A stretch of DNA of 64,000 nt from Rhizophagus irregularis (lineage: Eukaryota). Each line of letters begins with the position of its first letter. Positions within the stretch are counted from its first letter, which is position 1. Location of the stretch: the NCBI RefSeq assembly GCF_026210795.1, contig NC_089435.1, forward strand, positions 4,526,001 through 4,590,000. The letters are read 5' to 3'. Position numbers and translations under genes: made by a program. Positions 1 through 11,787 of this stretch are shown one piece after another. The notes beneath the pieces were generated by a model. The model was given only the letters and a program-made list of their open reading frames with translations. It had not been told where the DNA came from and did no database searches.

Positions 1-602
1 AACCAATTCTAACGAGAAGTGGTTCAGATAATGAATTCCTTCATCTTCGCATAATAAACTCTTCTCCTTTTGGATTTTATTTGATAAAGTGGTCATCCCT
101 GGAATCTTCGTAGCTTCGATTATTACCTTTGGGGCATTAAGCTTCCGCAATTCCTTTTGAAGCCTACTGAGACTAGATGTGCAGGCAACCGGATTAGGGG
201 ATGTCTCAGCTAATGCTTTAGCTATAAGTTTTACTTCTTTTTCACTAAGGCTATCCCGCATAATACGCTGAGCCGTTTCTCTAATAATTTCTCCTTCTGG
301 GATAATATCTGATACTTGGTAGGCGCTTTTAGCACAGCATATATTCACTTCCGCTTCTGTATCTCCTTCTTTAGGGGTTACTTGACTTTTAGTTCGACTA
401 GTTCTTTGAGAAGGTATCAACGCAAATGCTTGTTCTTTACTAAAGTTATATCCTTTTTGAAGATGATCGTGAGCCTGACGCCTTTTCTCTCTATCACCTG
501 GTAAGAGTCAAGTATTTCTGGCGCATACCGGCTAAGCTCTTCGAGACTCATTTCATTGGTAAGTCTGTGGTCTGTAACGAACTTGGTTGTAATAGCAGAC
601 AT
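1..602 (-). pseudogene. 5' part of a frameshifted gene running off the left edge; helical protein, possibly the N-terminus of a tyrosine-recombinase/resolvase-like protein
   Basis: ORF 417..602 (MSAITTKFVTDHRL...) plus an open minus-strand frame I translated over 300..1 (PEGEIIRETAQRIMRDSLSEKEVKLIAKALAETSPNPVACTSSLSRLQKELRKLNAP...HFSLELV). No catalytic residues are in the window; the family call is recollection only. Confidence 0.35.
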
Positions 603-1034
603 GATGTGGTAAGTAGACTATGGTGGTAGTTAGATTAATCTGTGGTATTCAGATTATATATTGTGGGATAAAGTTCAATTCGAAAATATATAACTTATGG
701 GAGGTCTTTTTGAGGCCACCTGCTCCAGCTGAAATATGTTTTGCATATATTTGAAAATTGTGGGTAAATAGGATATGCGGAAAAAAAGACATAGTCATAG
801 AACCCCCATTCCAAGGCTATAAACGAATTATCTATACCGATTCACATTTTAGTAAAGTGCACGCGCTAGAGCTAATATATGTTCCAGTCCTAAAACGTTT
901 GTCTTGGTGAATGCATCATATAAAGCACTTGGTCTATATTTCGAAGGAGCTAGATTCGGATGGTAGAGGAATTTTATGAGTATATTATTTCTCTAAACTT
1001 TCGTCTCTTCATGCCTCCAGCATAATTTTAATAG

Positions 1035-1358
1035 TTAGCATAAAGTAAAATCGTGCCAATTAGCTTTGAACAAAATCTGCAATAGGCTTATTTTTTTGTT
1101 AACCACTGCTAGTAAACTCCTTTCTGATACGATACCCCAAATACGATAGGAAATGAAAGAGAGATGTCTTCTTAATATTGGTAATTCATGTAAAGGCGGA
1201 ATCAAAAGCCTTTCTTCTCTCCAATGCATATAACCATCACATAATAATTTACGATATGCTGGCCCATTTATAATGATCATGCGATTAGATTTGGGATTAT
1301 AGATTTTTTCACAGGTTTGACGCTCGCGAACTTCTGTTAGTTGATCTAATGTATCCAT
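1035..1358 (-). CDS. small protein with a 2-cysteine-adaptor-like motif (seen in large DNA viruses)
   Basis: CEKIYNPKSNRMIIINGPAYRKLLC resembles the NPxTGRxIxxxGPxYxxL 2C-adaptor consensus. Confidence 0.45.
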   Translation of the reverse strand: MDTLDQLTEVRERQTCEKIYNPKSNRMIIINGPAYRKLLCDGYMHWREERLLIPPLHELPILRRHLSFISYRIWGIVSERSLLAVVNKKISLLQILFKANWHDFTLC

Positions 1359-1469
1359 AGCGTCAGTATGAAAAGTTGTTTATGACTTATCTTAATACCG
1401 AATAATTTAAATACAATTTTTATTATGAAATTAAAAGTGAAAAAGGTTTTTATATCCTAAAATACTTAT

Positions 1470-1757
1470 ATGGATCGTGTTACTTGCCCGTATATCAAGA
1501 GAAATGGTTCCATTTGTGGGGGAGTCTGCACTTGTTTAACTGGCTGTGCAAGGCACTGGAAATTATATGAAAAAAATATGAAAAAAAAACCCTGCCTTAT
1601 TTGTGGATTTCCTACTGATGCTGATTCGGGGTATTGCTCCAAATATTGTTCCAGATATTCTGCAAAGTTTCATGCACTGAATTATCGAATGAGGCAGAAG
1701 TGTGAGGCTGAGGCCCTTCAACCCGAAATTCCCTCTGAATTGTCTGCTGAGGAGTGA
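1470..1757 (+). CDS. small Cys/His-rich putative zinc-binding protein
   Basis: CPYIKRNGSICGGVCTCLTGCARH and CLICGFPTDADSGYCSKYC clusters; ATG start, 95 aa. Confidence 0.5.
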   Translation: MDRVTCPYIKRNGSICGGVCTCLTGCARHWKLYEKNMKKKPCLICGFPTDADSGYCSKYCSRYSAKFHALNYRMRQKCEAEALQPEIPSELSAEE

Positions 1758-1949
1758 GCAAAAAATTTTATTTCATTCATTAGATGATTATTATATAAAA
1801 TTTTGGCAGAAGCCTGCATCCTGGCTGGAGTGATGCAAGAATAGAGATATTTTTTTAATAATATATACCAAAAGATGAAGCCTTCTGCGGAATTATTATA
1901 TAAAAATATGGCAAAAGGCTTCATCTACCTGATTCATAATCGAATAGTA

Positions 1950-4900
1950 TTAGAACATATCAAATAAGTCCTGAATATCTTCTGTGATTTGCGTGATATT
2001 CACTTTGCTAGAACTAGTGAGATTATCTAATATTAATTCATCGGGTGTGAGTTTACTGTAACCATATCGAGTATCTTCATCGTTTTTCCAATAAATTTCT
2101 TCACCCGTTTGATATGAAGGTAATCTAGGAGTGGATCCTTCTGGGATCGCGTCTTTATTATCAAATGAACCTACTAGGTGGTAATATCTACGATTCTTGT
2201 CTATAGTCTTAAATTTCAACTCATAGGTTGCTTGTAGTGCTGAGTTTAGTAAACCAAGTTTTGCCCGATCTGTTTTCAATCCTGATTTTTTAGCTTTGCG
2301 CGATGTATCTGAATTATCAAAAACTTGAGCCATTTTTGATACCAAATTCTGAAGATACAATATCGATTCAGGAGAATTCAGGCGTGTTTTAACATCATCA
2401 GCTTTATATCTTGATCTATCGTCGATATTTTTAGCTGGTGTACAAGTTTTTAACAATTCCAGGCAAATTTGATGCCTCTCAGCACGAGTGAAAGTTGTAA
2501 GCCTATCTTCTCTGTAATCTTTATGGGTGATAGCTTCAACAGCCGTTTCATTGTTAATGCCAGCATCTCGTAATTGTCTATAAGCTCTGAACCATCTCAT
2601 ATGATTATAATCCCCATACTTCGAAATGAAATCTTCAGTCAATGATTCGGGAGAAATCTCATAACATTCCACAATATGATGCCGGTCTAGAGATCGCATT
2701 TCTTCTAAGGTCTTCTTCGGCTTGTTTTCCAAAAATTCAGCTGTCTCATGATTGACAATAGTAGCGTTAGATATATCTGATATTTCCTCCACTTTAACTA
2801 TAGAACACTTTGCTTTTACCACTTGCAATAATGTACTTTCTTCAGATTTAGGGCCAGAGTTTATGATCGAAACGCACATGCCAGCTTTTCGAAGGAAATC
2901 AACCATCCTCCAACCAAATAAGCGCTGGGAACGAAATTTTTCTAACATATAGGCCACCCATAATCGAATGGTTGGTACATCCTTATTTCGAATAATAGAA
3001 TTGATATCTGGAAATATTCCTCTATTCTGAAGCTCTCAGGGGAGACATTCCCGTTTGGCATTTAATAACCACTGAAATAACCCTTTTTCTGTAATGGGAA
3101 CGTTAGAAGATCTCTGCTCAATATGACATATATAATCCTTAATACATCGCATGCGAAACAATATTTGATTTGTTCCAGCATTAGTTTCTATATAGCTATT
3201 GAAGAGACAGAATGCTCGCTCAAATTTTGGGTTAGTGCAAGATACTCCTATTTTTAAAGTGCTAATATAGGCAACTAGGTCTACGTGTTTCCACGGTTCT
3301 TCTACATTGCTAAAGTCATAGGCCTTTTCTGCTGGATCGGATTTACCGTGATATTCCTTGATCCGTAATTCTGGAAAATCAGTCTTAAGAGCACGAACGA
3401 TTCCTTGTACATTCTTCCTGAGATGGCAGATAAGCGAAGCACTTTTCTAATTCTCAAAAGGTAGTGAAGATATTTGCTTGGCCCAATCCCAGAGTTCAGC
3501 TAACACAGCTTCTTTATTGGGAGCCAAGCGAAATGTCTTACCTTTCTGAGGCTGGTAAGTATTATGAATAATGGAGAAAGGTATATTTTTGTGAAGAGCC
3601 TTAATCCATTCGATATTAAGGTCAGTTAGATCACTATCTATGACGATAATGCGCCTAGCATCTTGGATTAATTTATATAATTTTTCTATTGATTGCCCCG
3701 CTATATGACTTTGCGCCTGAGCAATTATAGACACTATTTCATCAAGCCATAAATTGTACTGGCTCGGGAGACATTTACATTTTTTATTACATTTACACTT
3801 CAGTTATTGGTAATGCGATGTAAACTCTCTATCTGGCAAACCACCCTCTTATGATCAGATAGATTTATATTACCATCAATATCACAATATGACTTGAGAT
3901 TAAGTCTTGTAGTAACAGCATTTGAGTAAGAGTGGCGTGTAGATAATACTAGCAAATTTACATTATTAGGGATAGCCAAATTTTCAAGAATATAGGTTTT
4001 CCCAGTTTCCCAAGGCAACCCCACATAAATATCGCCTTCATTGGGTAATTGTCTTACATACATACCTCTCCTCATATACTTCTGTCGCTGTAAGGGTCTC
4101 ATTATACTTGACTCAAGATGGCATTTTTATGAAGGCTTTAGGGAAACCTGGACCTTTTACTTTGTGAGAGGGGTGTGGAGGATTTTTATTTTCTTGCTGA
4201 ATTTTTTCTGCAATAAATGGGTCGCATTCAAAAACTTCCCCGCGCTCATCACTATTTTGCCGAAAATATTTTACGATGAATTTACTACTACTAGCGCATA
4301 CACGACCGAACCACTTCTGATCCTTGTCATGTATACGTTTACATTGTGAACATTCTAGTAAAGCTTTCCGGTTAAAATATATGAAGTTTTCTGAATCTTT
4401 TTCTTCAATAGTCCAATCCCTAAGATAGTTAGAATACTTTTGCAAAACTAGGTCCGCGCATTTTTGTAATACATCCTGACCCACGATTATCCTTAGCGGA
4501 TTATTATTTTTTTCTGTACTAAGCATTTGAGGTCTTACTTCAAGCCTTAAGCTAGTAGGTGGTTGAACTTTAGCGTGATAGAACGCATTCCACCCATTAT
4601 CTAGTGAGAATTGAAGAATACATTTTACATGACCTTTTTTTGCTGATCTGATTAGACGAAGGTTGAAGTTGTGACCAGGCAATTTCCGATCAATGAACTT
4701 GCCGAATTTTTCTCCAGTTAAGCTATATACTAATTCTAAGAATGCTTTGAGTTCATGATGATCGATAAGGAGAGCCGGTGCGTATAAAATATGGTAGCTA
4801 CACTTGCTAGAATCTGAAGATGTAGCAATAACTAACCCATTGAGAATGTTTTCCCAACTACAGTCAAGAATTCGATACAAGGCTTTTATGAAAAATAGGC

Positions 4901-5099
4901 AGATTCGAATGAATACTTCTTGCGCCTTAACACCAGTTGTTTTCATATCTTCCTGCGAAACATCTATATCAATCACGGCTCTTAAAGGCTTTTGACCATT
5001 AATACATTCATGAATCCCGGCTAAACCATATACTTCTGAAATATCGTCTACAACAGAAAACTTTGGGGCTCGATCATCTTGATCAATTTTGATAACCAA
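1950..5099 (-). pseudogene. AEP primase (PrimPol-like) fused or linked to a UL9-like origin-binding SF2 helicase; broken by stops and frameshifts
   Basis: AEP motifs LRAVIDID, KCSYHIL, FID, FNLRL and CSQCKRIH in 4113..5099. Walker A-like LPWETGKT, STRHS, CQIESLHRI, WLDEIVSII (~3730-3750), DSDL, EYHGKSD, YISTLKIGVS, QILFRMR. Collinear fragments 3800..4102, 3447..3734 and 1950..2957. Confidence 0.8.
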
Positions 5100-5318
5100 T
5101 TTATTTTCAACTTCATCTCGGTCATAGCCCTATAAAAAAATATACATACTGTTATCATACGGTATAACCGTATTTTGCGATCAGTATCTTTAAAGTATGA
5201 ATAATGTATTATTATCGTATTACACATACGGTATATATTCGGTATTCTGCATACCGTATCATACATATTGTATTAACGCACATATGTTTAACGTGAAAAT
5301 TATACTGACATAAAGAAT

Positions 5319-5763
5319 GATATCCCAGTGTGAACCGTACGTTTCCCACTGTTGATTAATTTGCGAACAGCACGATATCCCAGTGTGAACCGTACGTTTC
5401 CCACTGTTGATTAATTTGCGAACAGCACGATATCCCGTTGTGAACTGTACGTTTCCCACTGTTGATTAATTTGCGAACAGCACGATATCCTGGTGTGAAC
5501 CGTACGTTTCCCACTTTGATTAATTTGCGAATAGCACGATATCCCAGTGTGCACTGTACGTTTTCCACTTTGATTAATTTGTGAACAGCACGATATCCTG
5601 GTGTGCACCGTACGTTTCCCACTTTGATTAATTTGCGAACAGCACGATATCCCAGTGTGAACCGTACGTTTCCTATTTTGATTAATTTGCGAACAGCACG
5701 ATATCCTAGTGTGAACCGTACGTTTCCTACTTTGATTAATTTGCGAACAGCATGATATCCCAG
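5319..5763. repeat. tandem array, 8 units of 54-55 bp
   Basis: unit GATATCCCAGTGTGAACCGTACGTTTCCCACT(G)TTGATTAATTTGCGAACAGCAC starts at 5319, 5374, 5429, 5484, 5538, 5592, 5646, 5700; partial unit at 5754. Confidence 0.95.
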
Positions 5764-5984
5764 CAATCCGTATGTTTACATATTAAAAATATACCATTAG
5801 TACACGTATTTACATAGAATGTTTTTATTTTATTAATAATATAATGTATAAATAAATATAACAGATAATTTATTATTTAAATTGATATGCAATTAATAAT
5901 TTGTGTAATTAAAATCTAATAAAAGAATACTTCTATTATAGTAATAAAATTATTATAATTAAATATAGAGAAAATAAAAAAAAG

Positions 5985-6555
5985 AAAGAATTAGTAGTTA
6001 TAAAAGAAGAAGTGATAAAAAGAGATACAATTAGTAGTGATAAAAAGAAGAAAAATTAGCGGTAATAAAAAAAAAGATACAATTAGTAACGATGAAAGAA
6101 AGATACAATTAGTAGTAATAAAAGGAAGAAAAATTATTAGTGATAAAAAGAAGATACAATTAATAGCGATAGAAGAAAAATTAGTAGTGATAAAAAAAAG
6201 ATATAATTAGTAACAATAGAAGAAAGATACATTTAGTAGTAATAAAAAGAAGAAAAATTATTAGTGATAAAAAGAAGATACAATTAGTAGCGATAGAAGA
6301 AAAATTAGTAGTGATAAAAAAAAGATATAATTAGTAACAATAGAAGAAAGATACAATTAGTAGTGGTAAAAAGAAGAAAAATTAGTAGCAATGAAAGAAA
6401 GATATAATTAGTAGTGATAAAAAGAAGAAAATTAGTAATGATAAAAAATTAGTAGCGATAAAAGAAAGATACAATTAGTAGCGATGAAAGAAAGATACAA
6501 TTAGTAATGATAAAAAAAAAAGATACAATTAGTAGCGATACAATTAATAGCAATA
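5985..6555. repeat. degenerate ~20-25 bp A-rich minisatellite
   Basis: recurrent GATACAATTAGTAG(C/T)GATAAAAAGAA variants. Confidence 0.85.
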
Positions 6556-7279
6556 AAGACCGAAAATAAAAGTAACTGTACCTATTTTATTAAATTATAA
6601 ATAAATCTATTTTAGAAAAGTTCAAGACAAGATAAAAAATTAGTAATAAAGAATAATACAATTAATTATATTTAAGTTTAAAAAAATATTACTTCATAAA
6701 CGTTAAATATTTTCTTTTTGTGAAATGTATTTCTTTCTATATCTATTGGGCAACCTTTTATTTGGTATCGTTTAAAATTTTCTTCTATAAAAAAATGAAA
6801 TAAATAAATAAGTGCAATATTTGAGATAATAATTCGAATAAAAAGCAAAATAAAGAATAAAGAGTAAAAGAGAAACAGTTTGTATTTTTCCCAATTTATA
6901 TCATTCGCGTGCATGCAAAAACAAACAAATGATCGGCATCCATGTGATAATTATCCAATCATAATTTATGAATGAAAGCGATTAAATCACATGATATATA
7001 TATATCCGGGTTTATGCCGATATTGTAGATATGAATTTTTGTAAGATATAATAATATATTCGAAATTGCATTACAACATCTATTAATCTATTATGGTATA
7101 GATTTAATTTTATTCAAAATAATAAAATTTGTTCGTTATAATGCCAAACAGTCAAGTCGCGAGCGATTAGATTGATAGTTCGGTTGTTAAAATCTGAAAA
7201 TAGTCGAGCTCCACATATAAAAAGAAGAAATTAATAACGAAAAAACAAGAATCCGGAGACTATTAGAGATACCAACCAA

Positions 7280-7825
7280 TAAATTGAAATCACGATTTCA
7301 AGAAAAATTCTCGCGAATTTTTCTTGATATTGCTTATTTTAAAGTTTAAAAGACTGACTAATAAATAAATTAAAATCACGATTTCAAGAAAAATTCTTGC
7401 GAATTTTTCTTGATACTGCTTATTTTTAAATTTTAAATAAATTGAAATTACGATTTTTTAAGAAAAATTCTCGCAAATTTTTCTTGATGCTGCTTATTTT
7501 AAAGTTTAAAGACCGATTAGTAAACTGAAATCACGATTTCAAGAAAAATTCTTGCGAATTTTTCTTGATACCGCTTATTTTTAAAGTTTAAATAAATTGA
7601 AATCACGATTTTTTAAGAAAAATTCTCGCAAATTTTTCTTGATACTGCTTATTTTGAAGTTTAAAGACCGATTAGCAAACTGAAATCACGATTTCAAGAA
7701 AAATTCTCGCGAATTTTTCTTGATACCGCTTATTTTTAAAGTTTAAATAAATTGAAATCACGATTTTTTAAGAAAAATTCTCGCGAATTTTTCTTGATAC
7801 CGCTTATTTTTAAAGTTTAAAGACC
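7280..7825 (+). repeat. left subterminal repeat array, ~60-70 bp units with palindromic core
   Basis: GAAATCACGATTTCAAGAAAAATTCTCGCGAATTTTTCTTGATACCGCTTATTTT about 8 times. Confidence 0.9.
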
Positions 7826-10412
7826 GTAAAAAACTAAATATAGTGCATGTGATATTTAACCTCATTCCTTTTTTACATCAGCTCATAATTTAAACTTATT
7901 ATAAATAGCAAAGCGTGATACTGTTAAGAATTTGGTCGATTTATTATTATACGATTGAGGTTGTGAACGGGATCTCAGCCATCTTTTATGAATCAATTAA
8001 ATTCAAATCTTTTGACGCCACCAGTTCATTTGATTAGATTTTATAAAAAATTTGTTTATTATTATTTATTGTATATTTTATGCTGTACATATCCGGATGT
8101 AAACTAAAAATATTTGTTTTAATATTTTAAAATAATAACGGATTAATTAATTAACAATAATAAAAAATTTAATCAAATTATTTAATTTAATGATCAAGGC
8201 TTTTAATAATCAAGGCTTTTTAATGATCAAGGCTTTTTAACGGTCAAAGCTTTTAATAAACACGGCTTAATTTTAATTAAACATCTTTATTAGATTACAG
8301 ATTTCTTCTTTTCGATGATACATATGGTACCTTCAGATATTGTTTTTCGAATGTTAAAGCTAAGAAATCCGGATCTCAGCCCATCATCTATCTAATTAAA
8401 AAAATTTTGTCATATTTAGATTACCTGGTATAAATAATTTGAATTGTGTAATATTGAAAAGTGTGATATTCTTGCGTTCAATCTATTTCGTAATTATCAT
8501 ATCATAATTAACTAACTACGATAGCCAATCTTTAAACTAATACATTTATAGTTAATTAAATTTTAACTGGATTTTAATACTAACAAAAAAAAGTATAATT
8601 TCTCTTATGCATTTATTTGCAGTCATTTCCACTCTTTTAGTTACCACGAACTATTTCTATAATAATAATTTTTACTAAAAAACCGAAACTACCTTTTTAG
8701 TCTTTTTTTTATTAATTTTTTATCCCTCTTTTTATCATTATTGTTTCTTTTGGTTAACTTAACCAAAATTTTTTTATTCTTATTGGATTTTTTTTTAGGG
8801 GTTTTTTTTTAATCGGAATTTATCAAAATTTTGGATTTTTTTTTAACCCAAAAAATATACCCTGTAAAAAATCTGATCCGTGTTTTATCTTTCCATATTT
8901 TTTTCTGTAAATGCATCATTTTAATGGAATTTATAGCCTTAAATCATGGAAATTTTCATCTCGCTAACACGGATATCCGTGAATGTATCATTTTCACAGA
9001 ATTTTTACGGAAGACACAGAGAAATAATGGAAATATTCGGATAAAAATTTTTTATAGGAATAGTTTATTCTTTTTTTTGGTTTGGGTTAAGACTATAGAA
9101 CTATGTCCTACGGCTTTTTGTGAGATTTTTTTTAGTCAATGATATTGTTCTGACTAATAAATTTGTGTGAAAATTTTTTTTTTAGTGAGAATTTTTGATT
9201 TAGTGAGAACTTTTTCTGTTTATTGAGATTTTTTTTTCGATTTAATGAGAATTTTTTTTATAAGATTGATTTTTTCAATATTATTTCTGACTAATAAATT
9301 TGTGAAAAATTTTTTTGATATTAACGAATTTTTTTGTGAGATTGTTTATAATTATATAGATATTTTGTATTAAATCAATAATAAATTTTTTGATAAATCT
9401 ATATAACTAAAAAAACTATATAACTAAAAAAATTTGTCTGACGTTTGGACTAGTTTTATTTGATTATATATAGATTGAAATTCGAAGAAAATAGTACCAA
9501 CAAAACTTTTTTATTAAAAGACCAAAATACATATATATTTTATTAATTAGTATGCCTTTGTGTACATGTACTCACTGTAAAGCTTTAACAAATGGTATTG
9601 GAAAAGAAATTCATAGAACAACAGTAATTCGTCATATGAAAAAAGAACAAGAGGAGCAAGAACTAGAAAATGCATACCAAAGTCTTCATTCTGAAGAAAA
9701 TTATTTTGAAGAAAATGAAGAAAATGAAGAAGAAAACTCATATGAAGAACGCTCATCTCCTATGGAAATATCGGAAATATCTGACAATGAAGAAATTCTT
9801 ATAGAGGAAGAAAATCTTACTACCTTACATAATGATGAGGCTTCTATGGAAATTCTCTCCAGTTTTTAAGATGAGGATGAGGAAATTGATGATTACTATC
9901 ATGAAAGCGATGACTTAAACCATTATGATTCTCAAAGTGAATTAGAGTTTGATACCTCTGATGATAAAGAAGGTGAATTTCGAAATAATTATAATAATAT
10001 TTTAAATTAGTAATTTACCAACTTTTTTTAGATAATACGACTTTTTCTAATGAATTGTTCGAAGGATTAAGGCTTTTATATGTGAAATCGAATTTTAATT
10101 TTTCTGAAGCAGCATTTAATAATATATATAAAGCCTTCAATAGAAATAAAATAAGTTTTAATAAAGTAAAAAGAAAGCTTGGTTCAATAGTAGGAATTGA
10201 ACCAAAAATATATGATATGTGCGTTAATTCATGTTGTGCATTCGTAGGAGTTTTAGAAAATGAAACAAAATGTAAATTTTGTAAGGAGGATCGATATTAT
10301 AGTAATGGTAAAGCGAGAAAAAATCTACCTTTTATTTCTATAATTGAGCGTTTAAAGCTTCAATTTAAAAACCCTGAAAGATCTAAAGAACTATTATATA
10401 GGCACAATTATA

Positions 10413-11373
10413 CAGTCAACTCTCTTTATAGTCACACATTTGGGACAGTCCATATTTGGTGATTGTAAAGAGATGTGACTATATAAAAAATTTCTTATAT
10501 TTGTATATCATAATTCCGGCCAAAAATTAACATAATTTTAGCCAGAATTATACTTAAAACTTTATTGTATCGTAACTTCGCCAATATTAATCGTAGAGAG
10601 ATGATCTTACCGCCATTCGATTCGTCTTGATGAGACGGTTCTAATGGTATAAAATACGTCGAAATCCAATCACTAGATTAATTTCCGAAATTAAAAAAAT
10701 ATTAATGGTTTTTGTGTAATAACTCTGCCAATATTGATCCTAGAAAGACGATCTTACTACCATTCGATTCATCTTGATGAGACGAATCTAATGGTATAAG
10801 ATACATCGAAATCCAATCACTAGATCAATTTCCGAAATTAAAAAATATTAAATGGTTTTTAAGTAATAACTCCGTCAATATTGATCACAGAGAGATGAGC
10901 TTACCACCATTCGATTCGTCTCGATGAGGCGATTCCAACGAGCTATAAATCGTCCTTTTACGATCACTAGGTACTGAGAAATCTAGCAAAATGTTAAATG
11001 GCGCAGTAAACGTAAATCAAGAAATATTATAATGCCGATGTTCAACATTTTGTTGAATAACTCGTCAGCCAGTGATAGGAAAAGGATAAAACTACCACCA
11101 TTCGATTCGTCTCAGTGAGACGATTCTAACAAGCTATGATACATCTTTGTACGATTATTAGATGCCAAGTTATTTAATATATTCTTTATATAACTGTGAT
11201 TATAAACGGTTCTTTTTAATATAAGATTTTTAAGGATAGGTGTGATAGTGACTATAGATAGATTGTGACTATATAGGATAGATTTTAATAATAAAGTGTT
11301 TTGAACATTCAACTGGTGTGACTATATAGTAGAATGTGACTATAACGGGAGTGACTATAGAGGGAGTTGACTG
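10413..11373 (+). mobile_element. Tc1/mariner-type MITE, family A, empty copy
   Basis: TIR CAGTCAACTC(T/C)CT(T/C)TATAGTCAC; TA duplication at 10411-12 and 11374-75; removing it restores the transposase frame RHNYTCNKGEF. Confidence 0.95.
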
Positions 11374-11543
11374 TACTTGTAATAAAGGAGAATTTGCTCA
11401 TAATAACATAGGTAACATCTTTGATGGACAGATTTATCAAGAATTATTAAATGACGAATATTTTCCCGATCCAAGAGACATCGCATTTACTGCTTCTTGC
11501 GACGGCTACCAAATATTTCGTCAAAAGACCGATGATTGTTGGG

Positions 11544-11787
11544 TAAGGTTGCTTGTCTAAACCTCTTCAAAATCCTACGATTAGTTTCGTCAAAATTTTA
11601 CTATAGATTTATTATAGTTTCGGCAGAGTTTTGGCAGTTTCGGCATTTATAATAAGTTTCGGCAGTTTCGCCATTCTCCAAAGTTTCGCCAGTTTTTTAA
11701 TATAACTTTAATATAGTTTCGGCAGAATTTCGCTTTTCGGCGAAACGCTATCTTGCCTAAACCCCTAGGTTTCGGCAAGCAACCTTA
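11544..11787. mobile_element. hAT-type MITE, family B
   Basis: TIR TAAGGTTGCTTG...CAAGCAACCTTA; 8-bp TSD TTGTTGGG/TTGTTAGG. Confidence 0.9.

Noticed and set aside
5319..5763. CRISPR-like array and repeat ORFs 5259..5766
   Set aside because: Units are contiguous with no unique spacers, there are no cas genes, and the context is eukaryotic; the ORFs are by-products of the repeat.
6678..9142. F/I/K-rich short ORFs (similar ones at 18844, 21552, 30936, 41817)
   Set aside because: Low-complexity AT-rich chance ORFs.
11112..11312. ORF repeated at 56911..57114
   Set aside because: Internal sequence of the non-coding MITE; identity reflects the repeat.
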